Below, piece after piece: positions 39,737 to 50,700 of a DNA stretch of 64,000 nucleotides (the stretch's first letter is position 1; every line of letters begins with the position of its first letter). Location: assembly GCA_965153285.1 (NCBI GenBank), contig OZ229112.1. One strand, 5' to 3'. The position numbers were made by a program, and so were the translations under genes. The notes beneath the pieces are model-generated. The model searched no databases, had not been told where the DNA came from, and saw only the letters and a list, made by a program, of their open reading frames with translations. Source of the stretch: Podarcis tiliguerta. Its lineage: Eukaryota.

Positions 39737-41035
39737 ATGGGGAAGCCGCTGAGCAGGCCAGACTGTTTACGCCAGAATCCTCCTTGTGTAGGAAAAGGTG
39801 ATGAAGAAGAAGAAGATATAAATATTGAGGACTGTTATGTTCCCCAGAGGTCAATCTATGACACAGTGCGGCTGAATGAACAGATTGACTCAGGTTCTAA
39901 AGGCAGCCTCTCCTCCAGGCATTTCTCAGATCGGACTTTGCCGTATAGTCATAGAACACTGGACCTTAGTACATTGTGCTCCAATGGTGCCCTCTCCTCC
40001 TCTAGTGTCTTTGAACTCAGAGGACGGGAAGCCAATAAGCTAGATGAAAAAATGATCTTTGATGCCCTTAAGCTGAACAGTGACATCATTCGAACAGCTG
40101 GCTTGCCCAAGGCAAAGTATCACACAGAAAAGAAAGAACATAGGAGATCCTGGAGGATGCTTGTCCCACCAAATTTTGCAGACTATGCAAATAAAAGTGA
40201 GTGCTCACTTGATGGGACTGTTGATGTGTCTGACTTAGCAGCAACAGGCCAGGTCAGATGTGGGACTAGTTCTCTAACTTCCGAAGAAGATGACTCTGGT
40301 CTGTGCAGTCCTCCAGCAGAAAGAGAAGAAAAACAAGATGTGCTAGAAGGGGAACAAACTCAATTTAGGAGCATATCTTCCATAGACGATAATCAGTTTG
40401 TGGGTAAATTTGGATCATTTTCTCCTACCATTTCTAGTAGTGAACATCAAATTTCATTGCTTACCTCCAGAAGTGCCCCTACCAGTGGACACTGTCGAGT
40501 AAAATTGCAGAATGCTTCACATATAGAGCAAGAACCTTTCTGGAACTATGAGGGCAACCAAGGGGAAGGAGATGGACATTGCAGTCCACTGACATATTTG
40601 AAAGAAGACCTCTTAGCACATCCCCAATGGCTCCAGGATGGTGAGAGGGAACATGATTTCACTTTAGACAAAGAGGAAGTGAGGAACAGCGCTGAAGTTA
40701 ATGAGCCATTAGACACCCAAGACAGGATGATTGAAAAGGACCTCCTGGATATTTCAACTCAGGATATAGATATTTATGATGATGATGATGATGATGATGC
40801 AGCTTTACATGCTAGTGATACGGACTTAGTAAAATATGTGATTTTGCATGAAACTGAGGAAAGTAATATGGCCCATACAAGTGCAATAGAATTGTCCTGT
40901 CAGGCTTTAGAGGCTAATAATACCACATGCTGTCAAAAAGCAAATCCAATCAGCGCTGAATTCAGCTTTTGGACTACAGGCATGCAAATAGAACAAACCT
41001 TGGATACAGTGTGCAATGGCATGTTGTCTTATAAG
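39737..41035 (+). CDS. Intronic 433-codon ORF: putative alternative first coding exon of a short DST isoform (KIAA0754-like)
   Basis: Uninterrupted ORF; strong Kozak (GAAATGG); phase-0 donor AAG|gtaatt compatible with exon A19; N-terminal motifs MGKPLSRPDCLR, IEDCYVPQRSIYDT, LDEKMIFDALKL, RRSW...PPNF resemble MACF1-nested KIAA0754 as recalled; not spectrin-like and not TE-like. Confidence 0.8.
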
Positions 41036-42412
41036 GTAATTCCAAACTTAAATGCATTCTTTTCATGCTGCAGGGTGGGTTATTTTTTATTTTATTTTTT
41101 TTCTTCTGTGATTGCATCATGAATGCTTCTGTTTAGATTTTGCTAATCTACCCAAAGAGTTCCTTTAGAATCATTTGCCCAACAAGTTATTAGAAGTCAG
41201 AAATTGGCGAGATGGTCACTTCAGTAAATTGATTAAGGGCAGTTTGTGACAGGGTTGATTGCTTCCAGCTGTTTGGTTGCATGGCTATTTATTGTCCAGA
41301 TGGTGCCTGTTACCCTTTATTTGGAATGCTTCCACTAGGCATTGATGTTCAGCACCCCCTCCTCCCCTCCCCTCAAATTATGTTTCAAGCAGCCAATGCC
41401 ATTCAAGGGCAGATAGGCCTTCCCTATTCAGATTTAACCAGATTTCAGCTGCAGCCATATACTGTACACACTTTCATGGGAGTAAGGCCCATTAAACCCA
41501 ATGGGCATGCTTCTTCTGAGTTGACACGTATAGGGTTGCACCGTTCATCATAAAGGTATACACAACGATGCTCAGATTGCTGCGGTTTCCAAAGTACACA
41601 GATTAAAGGCTTGTTGCACGTACTGAAATTATTTCCTTGCATCTTCATGCCAAAAAGTAGTCCTAAAGTTGTAGGGGATTTTTTTACAAGGGATCTTGTA
41701 ACATTTACTGAGCGGTGAATGAAGTAAGGAAGTAGAAAACAGCTTTGTAATAAGCATGGGGAGCTTGTGAAGTCTTTAATTTAATTTTGTTCTTTTTGTT
41801 TTTGGTCCCTCTGATCTGGTTGTGTCTTGAGTTATTTTAGGACTTGTTGCTAAGCTGTTCTGGCAAACTCTAGCCTCAATTCCTACTTTTGTGAGTGGGT
41901 ATGTGTATCTAAACAACAAATCAAGGGGAACAACTCGGTTTGGATTGTTATGGAATTGTCTTAAAAATATATGAACATCTGAAATAGAAGAGAGTTGGAT
42001 TGAAGGACTGCATTACTAGTTCCATGGGCCTAAACTGGAGCAGGACTTGTGTTTCTCACACAGCAACCTCAAACACAGGAAGCTTCTTTTGAAAGAGAGG
42101 GGAATTTCAAAAGTAGTTTATGGAACCTGGGGTGTGTACATGTGCCTGCCTGTTTGATTGCCAAAGATACTACTGAGCTAACACTTGGGGATGTGTAAAT
42201 TAGCTTTTGCATCCCAGCCCTTGTTTATTTCTCTAAAGTAAAGAGAACTTGCCCATATTATATATTATTTTGTGGGAAAGGTAAGACCTGTTTGCTGTTT
42301 TCAACTACTTGGTTCCTCAGAACTCTGCTTTATAATGCCCCCCCCCCTTTAACAAATCCCACAATGTCCTGCAAATAGTGCTATTGAGTGCAGCAAAACC
42401 AGCATAAACAGC

Positions 42413-42415
<3 letters not shown>

Positions 42416-42442
<27 letters not shown>
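42416..42442. repeat. (TG)n microsatellite
   Basis: about 13 TG units. Confidence 0.95.
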
Positions 42443-42444
<2 letters not shown>

Positions 42445-43874
42445 CCTGGTTGCTACTATGTAACACACCACCGTGTCTGAGGATTATTGCATGTAGTCTC
42501 AAACGTGTGTGAGCTGTCCATGTTCGGACTTAAGTTTCTCGCTGCCTCTGCAAAACCCCCTTCTCCCAGTTATTTGTGTGGAATCAAGGCCTGTCCTGTG
42601 TGTCAAATGTGCTTGCTGTGTGTTGAATTGCTGGCTGCTGTTATGACGTAAACTTAGGTGTGAAAATGTGCTGTTTGCAGACTATCATAGAAAATCTGGG
42701 TTTCTTACACTATGTACATAGCAAGTTTCTGCTTTCCTACTAGTGTTGTGCTTGACCATTTTGGTGTACGATTTATGTATCCCATCTTGGGGAGGCTTCT
42801 TACAATTTTTGTTTTCAATTATGTGAGCATAAAATATTGAGGTACATTAACTGTAAGCATGCTTTATTTTCAGACTGTTCTAGGAATTTGGGTGTCCTGG
42901 GCTACTTGAATGTCTAGCTTCATAGGTTCTGAGGAATAACTTTAGCCATACTGAGGTACACTTGTAGTATCCCCATAACATTGCTTGTATTAAGGGCATG
43001 ATGTTACTAGTGTCAGCTGAAATATATATTCAGGATGTGAGCCATATTTGCTAGTAACGCTATAATAATAAAGCTCAGTACAGTATTACAGTACAATGGC
43101 TTCACAATATTTTGCCGACTATAGTGAAATTGCTGCCAAGGGACAGTGTCTGTAGTAGTAGTAGAAGAAGAAGAAGAAAAAGAAGATGGGGGGAAGGGGG
43201 GGACTACTTCAAAGGTAAGAAGCTTTAAGACCACAGTTTGAATAGCCTGGGCTCATAATACCACCAACAGTATTTGATGCCTGTGGAATATTTTCTGTCA
43301 CTAGCCTTTGCAAGTCCTCAAATGAACATCACTTAGGTTGGTGGGTTGAGTTAACCTGCATTAGGATATCATTGTGTGAAGCGTGCTTGAATTTCTTGCC
43401 AATGAAGACCACCTGGGAAATAAAGGGAGAAGATCCCCAAGGTTTTTCAGTATCTTCTAAAACAATATAACCATTACTAGTCTTATCTAGAAGGTGAATG
43501 CTGGTGTAGTTCCTTAGTCACATGATCAGCTCATTCTCCCAGGCCATTCCTGAGGTCCAGGCTCACCATGCTATAGTGGCCCCCAAATCATTGGATAGCA
43601 CTTGCATTTCTCCACTGTGCAGTTAGGTCCCTTCCTGCATGTGCCCAGCATCTCATTGCTCACTTGGTCTGTAGGAGCCACACTGTCCAACACCAGCTCC
43701 TCCCATTAGAACTAAGAGCACTGCATCACCTTTAAATGGCTATGCAAATCATTATGCACCACAGAAACATATGCTGAGCATATTCAGACGATTGATTAAT
43801 TTCTTCACCAAACTTTAAGCATTTCCCTTGTCCACCGTTGCTACTCATACTTTCAAACTCTACTATAGAGACTC

Positions 43875-44525
43875 TGGGCACTGTGTATTTGGTCTTTCAG
43901 AAAGGGTTTGACAAAGTACTTCACCACAGACTCCTTAGTAAGCTTAATCATGGAATAAAAGGAGAGGTCCTCCTACTGTTCTGCAACTAATTAAGGAACA
44001 GGAAGCAGACAGTAGGAATAAATGGGCAGTTCTCCCAATTAAGGGATTAGCATTGGGATATGGGCTTGATTATAAATTATAAAAGTGAGCAGTTGTTCAG
44101 GGTGGTTAAAACAAAAAGAGACTGCAAGGAGATCCAAAGTGATCTATCCAAATTGGCTGAATCGTACTAGAACCCAGGACCATTGTATGAAGCTAAATGT
44201 TGGAAGATTCAGGACAGAACTGAAGAAAGAACTACTTCATGCAGTAAATAGTTTTAACTTTGACAAAGAAGAAGTGGTGACCATTACTGTGATTGGCTTC
44301 AAAAAAGAATTAGACAAATTCACCGAAGATAGAGCTGTCAATGGCTGCTAGCTATGATGGCTATGCACTCTGTTGGAGGAAGTATGCTTCTGTACGTCAG
44401 AGTCACAAGTCCTTTTTGCACTCTGCTTTCAGGCTTCCCACAGGCATCTGGTTGGCCACTGTGAGAACAAGATGTTGGTCTAGATGGGCATTTGGTATGA
44501 TCCATCAGGGCTCTTATGTTTTTAT
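43875..44525 (+). mobile_element. Internally deleted CR1 LINE (reverse-transcriptase fragment plus 3' end)
   Basis: gtgtatttggtctttcagaaagggtttgacaaagta (VYLdFQKaFDKV-like), NRKQ.VGINGQFS-like segment, 3' tail ggcatctggttggccactgtgagaac...ctcttatgtt. Confidence 0.8.
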
Positions 44526-45014
44526 GGGCTACTTGTGTCTGCTGGCCATACGCAAAGGATAACTGTTTGCACAGAGCTGCATAGCCCCAAGAAGAATGGG
44601 CTATTGTGAACAGATATCTGAACAATTACTACCCACAATATGTCATCCTCTTCAGTTTGACATAGGTGTCCACAACGTGTACCTTTTGCTTTAAATATTG
44701 TTTGAGCATCTATATTAGGAAGATTCAGTATGGAGCACTATGTTTGTCTTTTCCTTTTAAATACAGTGGGGTTTTTTTTTAATGTAATAGCAGTTTCTTA
44801 ACTCCTCTTTGGGTTAATGTGTATATAATTTACTCTGAGTTGTTTTGTGTTTACAACATTAAGAGCAATTTTATATGTACACTCTGTAGCTAAATACTGT
44901 CTTTCAACACTGTGTTCATGACATGCTGTGTGATTTTACTACTGATATCTGCTCTAGTCGTTACTTATGCTCAGCATGTTCCAAACTTAATAATCTAAAT
45001 GTGCCTTTGCCTGC

Positions 45015-45015
<1 letters not shown>

Positions 45016-45052
<37 letters not shown>
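45016..45052. repeat. (TTTC)n microsatellite forming the polypyrimidine tract of exon A19
   Basis: about 9 units ending roughly 18 nt upstream of the AG acceptor. Confidence 0.9.
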
Positions 45053-45053
<1 letters not shown>

Positions 45054-45070
45054 TTCCTTTTGATCTGAAG

Positions 45071-45232
45071 GTATTTGAGAAGGAAAAGATTGAACCACTG
45101 CAGGTTAAGCAACAGGAGGTAAATTGGTTGGGTCAAGGCCTTATTCAGAGTGCTGCTAAAAATGCTAGTACTGATAACCTTGAGCGTGATCTTGAGGATG
45201 TTAACACAAGATGGAAAACTCTCAACAAAAAG
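45071..45232 (+). CDS. DST: Dystonin exon A19, [11 protein letters not shown]...TLNKK
   Basis: (TTTC)n tract plus gaag acceptor, AAG|gtatgt donor, 162 nt, phase 0-0. Confidence 0.95.
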
Positions 45233-45559
45233 GTATGTTAGTTGTATTTGCACTGTTGTTTAGTTTGCTGTTGTTTTTGTATTGCTCTTATTTCTGATTT
45301 TCACTACAAAGTAGTACTACACATTATTGTAATAGACTGCATAACAAAATGCACAAAAGCCCCAGTCCAGAACTCCATTTGTGCTCTGGTGCTCATGTAG
45401 AGCTCCTATAGAAGCAGACTACTCTTTGTCACATGGGTACCCTGTCATTTTAATGTCCATGGAAAGAAACCTGTAGAAAGTCAAAAGCCTAAAAGAAATA
45501 GAGGATTGCAAAACATAATTCATGCTGCTTTCTGTGTCATGCTGATTGAAGCAAAATGC

Positions 45560-46003
45560 CTACTCAACTGTCTTCAGCCCTATTTAGGGAAGATTTTAAT
45601 AACTGATGTTTTAATGTATTTTAATCTTTAGAGAGAGCCAGTGTGGTGTAGTGGTTAAGAGCGGTAGTCTCGTAATCTGGGGAACCGGGTTCGCGTCTCC
45701 GCTCCTCCACATGCAGCTGCTGGGTGACCTTGGGCTAGTCACACTTCTCTGAAGTCTCTCAGCCCCACTCACCTCACAGAGTGTTTGTTGTGGAGGAGGA
45801 AGGGAAAGGAGAATGTTAGCCGTTTTTAGACTCCTTCGGGTAGTGATAAAGCGGGATATCAAATCCAAACTCCTCTTCTTCTTCTTTTGTTGGAAGCTGT
45901 CCAGAGTGGCTGGGGAAACCCAGCCAGATGGGCGGGATATAAATAATAAATTTATATTATATTATATTATATTATATTATATTATATTATATTATATTAT
46001 ATT
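45560..46003 (+). mobile_element. LINE (L2-like) 3' end, split by a SINE, with (ATTAT)n tail at 45952-46003
   Basis: ...tttagggaagattttaat...ttttaatcttt[SINE]tgttggaagctgtccagagtggctggggaaacccagccagatgggcgggatataaataataaa followed by a pentanucleotide tail; left end approximate. Confidence 0.6.
45633..45886 (+). mobile_element. Full-length tRNA-derived SINE (Squam3-type, CTT tail)
   Basis: A box TGGTGTAGTGG, B-box-like GGTTCGCGTCT, core gggtgaccttgggctagtcac, (CTT)n tail; family name from memory. Confidence 0.82.
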
Positions 46004-46051
46004 AATGTCCAAATAAAGATGCATGCATGCATTCAAGAGGCACATGAAGTA

Positions 46052-46802
46052 CCGTATTTTTCACCCCATAGGACGAAACCCAAAACCAGGTCGGGGAAAC
46101 CGAACCAGGTCGAGGAACAGCGGGATGGCGGCGCTGCGCCTCCTTGCTGTCCCCCGAGCTTGTGGGGCTGGCCGATGTCTGTCCGGCGAGCGGGGCGCTC
46201 TGCTTCAGGGCGCCCCTCGCGCTGGGCGGCAGACTGCTATCCGCAGTGTGGGGAGCCCTGCGGGGGACTCCCCAGGGCTCCAACACGCTGCAGATGTCTG
46301 CCCGGCGCGAGGGGCGCTGTGCTTCAGGGCGCTCCTCGCGCCGGGCGGCAGGCTGCTATCCGCAGCGTGGGGAGCCCTGCGGGGGACTCCCCAGGGCTCC
46401 AACATGCTGCGGATGTCTGTCCGGCGGGCGGGGCACTCTGCTTCAGGGTGCCCTTTGCGCCGAGCGTCAGGCTGCTATCCGCAGCGTGGGGAGCCCTGCG
46501 GGAACTCCCGCGGGGCTGCCTAGGCTGCGGATGTGTTCCCGAAGCACTGGGCGCTCTGCTTTCAGCGCGCCCGGCACTCTGGGAAGCAGGCTGCTATCCG
46601 CAGCCTAGACAGCTGCCTAGGCTGCGGATGTGTTCCTGAACTCCCGCAGGGCTGCCTAGGCTGCGGATGTGTTCCTGAAGCCTGGAGAGCAAGAGGGGTC
46701 GGTGGGCACAGCGAAAGCCTGCATTCGCCCCATAGGACGCATCCAGATTTCCCCTTCATTTTTGGAGGGGGAAAAGTGCGTCCTATAGGGCGAAAAATAC
46801 GG
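46052..46802. mobile_element. Tc2/pogo-like non-autonomous DNA transposon (751 bp) with GC-rich internal minisatellite
   Basis: 24-bp TIR CCGTATTTTTCACCCCATAGGACG vs CCGTATTTTTCGCCCTATAGGACG, TA flanks; repeat units start at 46174, 46293, 46412, 46530. Confidence 0.88.
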
Positions 46803-47110
46803 TACTTAGGCTTCCCTGGGGATTATCCCTAGGCAGGTCTACCTCACACTTTATGCACCTATGACCTACTGGTACAAAATGTATTGTTCATATCTATATT
46901 AAGACAATTTTAAATATTTGCCGAAGTGCACAGAATGTCACTCGAGTCAGTGAAGAGCTTCATAGTTTAGGAGTTGCTAGCCTTAAATTGTTCCTCCTTC
47001 TAACGTTTCTTATTTTCGCTAGGGGTTGTTTGATTGACTGGAAAGATGGAAAGAGGTATCGTGGGAAGAGGATAATATTTACAATGTTTTTTTATTTGTT
47101 TGTTTGTTAG

Positions 47111-47281
47111 GTTGCTCAAAGAGCAGCCCAGTTGCAAGAGGCACTGCTCCACTGTGGGAGGTTTCAAGATGCTGTCGAATCTATCCTTAGCTGGCTTATT
47201 GACACAGAAGACCTTGTGGCTAATCAGAAGCCTCCATCTGCTGAGTTCAAAGTTGTGAAGGCACAAATACAGGAACAGAAA
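47111..47281 (+). CDS. DST: Dystonin exon A20, VAQRAAQLQ...IQEQK
   Basis: tgttag acceptor, AAA|gtgagt donor, 171 nt, phase 0-0; [20 protein letters not shown]. Confidence 0.96.
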
Positions 47282-49736
47282 GTGAGTGGAAGTTATTTAT
47301 CTATCTTTAGATTAATTATATTTTCTCTGTCACCTGCTCAGTTGGGTATTTTAAACTGTTTTTAAAGCTGTGTGTTAATGTTATAACCCACCCGGGGCCT
47401 TAGGATGAATAGTGGGTAATTAATAACAGTAATAACATGTGGCCTACTGGATAACAGTGTGGCTGAGTGTGTATTAGACGTGTGCTATAAGAGGTGCAGT
47501 TGCAAAAGAGCCTGGAAAAAATACCTTTCCATAGTTTCTGTGATCCCATCACTTAGGATGGTTGTCATGGATGCTTCTGTGGGGGATGTGTTTGGCTTTT
47601 TTCAGGGGAAGGGCAAATTTTGTCAGCCCAATCTGTGAAATTCTCTTTAAAGATTTGCCCTTTGATGCTTTCATTTTGGAATTCTCCACTCATTTTAGCA
47701 GAGGCATCCAGACTGTAGCATAGTAGTGGGACAGGATCTGTTAGTCCTGCCTTTTACTTGTACGGCTCGGATTCAGTGATAGACAGCAGGTTTTCCTGGG
47801 GGAAAGTGGCTAGGCAAGCGGAAGTGTGGGATGAGCCCTAAATTGCTTTGGTTCATTCAATGAGAAAAGTGACCAAGAAATATAACAAATAGTTGGTATG
47901 TAAATTTATATCCAGTTCTTCTTTCACCATGGAACTCAATGGATTTCCCAGGCAGCCTCCCATCCAGGCATTGATTGCATCCTTTGTCCGGAGAAATGTG
48001 GTTTTCTTCACTTCTTTGGGAAATGTGGGGAGCTGGTGCAGAATGGGGGGGGGGCAGAGGCCATGTATAGCACAGAGTAAACAATCATTTCATTGGACCA
48101 GCTTTCTGTATGTATTGCAAGGAAAACTCTGGAATATCTGTGCTGGTTCTTGGCATCATTTCATGCACGTGTACATTTCACTGGATGCACATCAAAAACA
48201 ATTATTTCAAGGATCAAAAGCAATCGGATGTTTGAAAAGACATCACTGATATTGTGAAAAGGGGCAGGCGGAAGAACATTGTAGAGCTACTCCCTTGAGT
48301 TGAAATAAAGTTCAAAATTTTGTCAGGGCTTCAATCCTCCTTCATCATTTTGACAACCCTCCACCCCACCCCTTCTCAGCTAATCTCTTCTTCCCATATA
48401 TGCCATTCAGTGTGGACATATACGAGTTGCCTATACATATGGGTTAGTAAGGGATGAAATCTGTGCCTGGTGTCAGCTTCTGCTCCACCCCTTACTTCCT
48501 GACTTCCGTCTCTAGAGTTTTGTAGAATCTGTTTTGATTTAGGGTAACATCTTGGTGTGCCTGTATCTTCAGTTAATAACGTCAAACACCCCTGCTTCAG
48601 ATTTTTCAACAATTGTTTGTAACACAGTTGCTGATGGATTGTTAGACCCTCACTTAAAAAAGGGGGGGAGGGGGAGAAATTTCGTATTAAATACTGAATT
48701 GGCAGTTGTGGAGTAAATACAGCACATCAAACTCTGTAACCAGATCCATAATTACTTTCCTGTTCAAAATAAATGTGTGAGCAAGGAAAGAGCAGGTCAC
48801 AGCATGCACAGCATCAGAGAGAAGTTGTGCTCTCTGAGCAGTCTTAACAAAAGGCAGTAGGAGAGAGGAGGGGGGATTTTTGGCTGAAACATAGAAGGCA
48901 ACCCCCAGGGAAGAGCACTGCATGAAGCTTAGTGAATCAAGTCCTCAGGTTGCCTGGCCAAAGTGAGTATCCAAAGTTGCAGCTGCGCGCAACATAATAA
49001 TCTCCAAAATGATCATATGTTTGTACTGAAAATTTGGGACGCAATCCAGAGAAAGTTATAACATGTTTGATTCCCCATTAAAATAATTTGGTCTTAGGAA
49101 CATCATTAAGCCCTGAATTGTGTTCATCTTACTGAATGCGACCACAAGTGTTTTGAAAGGTGAGCACTATATAAACAAACGGATATTTCTCTGGATTGCA
49201 GTGGATCATTGCAAACATCACCAGCGTATTGAAAACATGGGGAGGGTTCGTATGTGAAGCGGAAAATTTCCCATCTTTTCTTTTTCTGAAATGGAAAAGC
49301 TTCCCCAAAAGTTCCCAACACTGTCATGTGTTATAAAATGTCCCACTGTGATTCCCCCCTCTTCCCGCACATGTCAACATCATACCTCATATAAGGCATA
49401 TATATCTGTAGCCCTTCTAGAGCTTCCAGTATAGCATTGAAAAGAAATCTGAATGAAAACATTTGGAAGGATGCTAGACCTTTACAACCGATGCTAAGAT
49501 TGGCAGAGTTTTCTCGCTCTCATAATGAAATTACTTATTTATGCAATATATGGCACTTGCATTGTAATACTGCTGGCACCCTCACAATTTCCTGCCATCT
49601 CAGAAAATTGTTCCCTTAAGCCTGCCTCTTTTTGCCAGTAAACAAGACCTTGAAGAATCTGCCTCTTAATCTTTTTACAGCCTTGTAGTGAACAGTCATT
49701 TCCTGGCAATTTGATTTTTGATTATTTTGTCTCCAG

Positions 49737-49903
49737 CTTCTCCAGAGATTGCTGGATGACCGCAGACCCACTGTTGAACTAATCAAGCGTGAAGGGGAAA
49801 AAATTGCAGAGTCAGCAGAGCCCGCTGATAAAGAGAAGATCTTGAAACAGCTGAGCCTCCTGGATAGCAGATGGGATGCACTGCTTGATAAAGCAGAAAC
49901 AAG
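49737..49903 (+). CDS. DST: Dystonin exon A21, LLQRLLDDR...KAET(R)
   Basis: ctccag acceptor, AG|gtacct donor, 167 nt, phase 0-2. Confidence 0.94.
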
Positions 49904-50316
49904 GTACCTGAAATGTTTGCATTCACTTAGGGGTACAGTAGGGTGTACTCCTTGATACAGCATTAGAAACTAATTTGAAACTATAGCAACATTTTCATCC
50001 AGTTAGCTGTTAGATTCACATTTGAAGCTAAATGAGAAAATATCTCTGAGTATATTATAAGTTTTATTTTTAGAAATTTCAGTGAAATAGTATGGGGAAA
50101 TCAGTATCACATAATCACCCGTTCTTGTAGTAAAGTGGATGTCTCCCATAATCTTCCAATTATGGGAACTACTTTTAGGTGTAGTTCAGAGATTTTCGAA
50201 GTAATTCATTGAACGTAATTAAACCGAAGTAGTTCTTTCCAAGCGCTGGTTTTAAATTTTTAGTATTTCATACATCCCTCATCCCACAAAATGTGCTTTG
50301 TTTTCACATATTGTAG

Positions 50317-50476
50317 GAATCGTCAGTTGGAAGGTATCTCAGCTGTAGCACAGCAATTCCATGAAACTTTAGAACCACTGGTTGAGTGGCTAACCATCAC
50401 TGAAAAGAGGCTTTCAAATTCAGAACCCATTGGAACACAGGCTTCCAAACTACAACAGCAGATTTCTCAACATAAA
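50317..50476 (+). CDS. DST: Dystonin exon A22, NRQLEGIS...ISQHK
   Basis: ttgtag acceptor, AAA|gtaaga donor, 160 nt, phase 2-0. Confidence 0.94.
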
Positions 50477-50700
50477 GTAAGATCTTAATGTGCCTTTAAT
50501 TGCGGCAATTATTTTATGATTTGTAAATCAAAAGTGGAGTATTCCCCCCAACACATTTTTTTTATTATTTATATGCTTCTTTTACCATCAAAGTTATATT
50601 CTTTTGGTTGTTCTTGAGTTGTTTTCATATTTGGTTTTATGTTTTTTTTGTTTGCTTGTTTTTCTTTTCTTTTTCTTACTACTTTGAAAACTTCATTTAG

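Noticed and set aside
45069-45076. Recursive-splicing AG|GT site at the start of exon A19
   Set aside because: Several exons here start with GT because of Val or Gly codons. The donor match is weak and the intron is only 15.5 kb.
46002-46832. Overlapping 65-206 aa ORFs on both strands
   Set aside because: They arise from the GC-rich tandem repeat inside a TIR element. The peptides are repetitive and have no transposase motifs.
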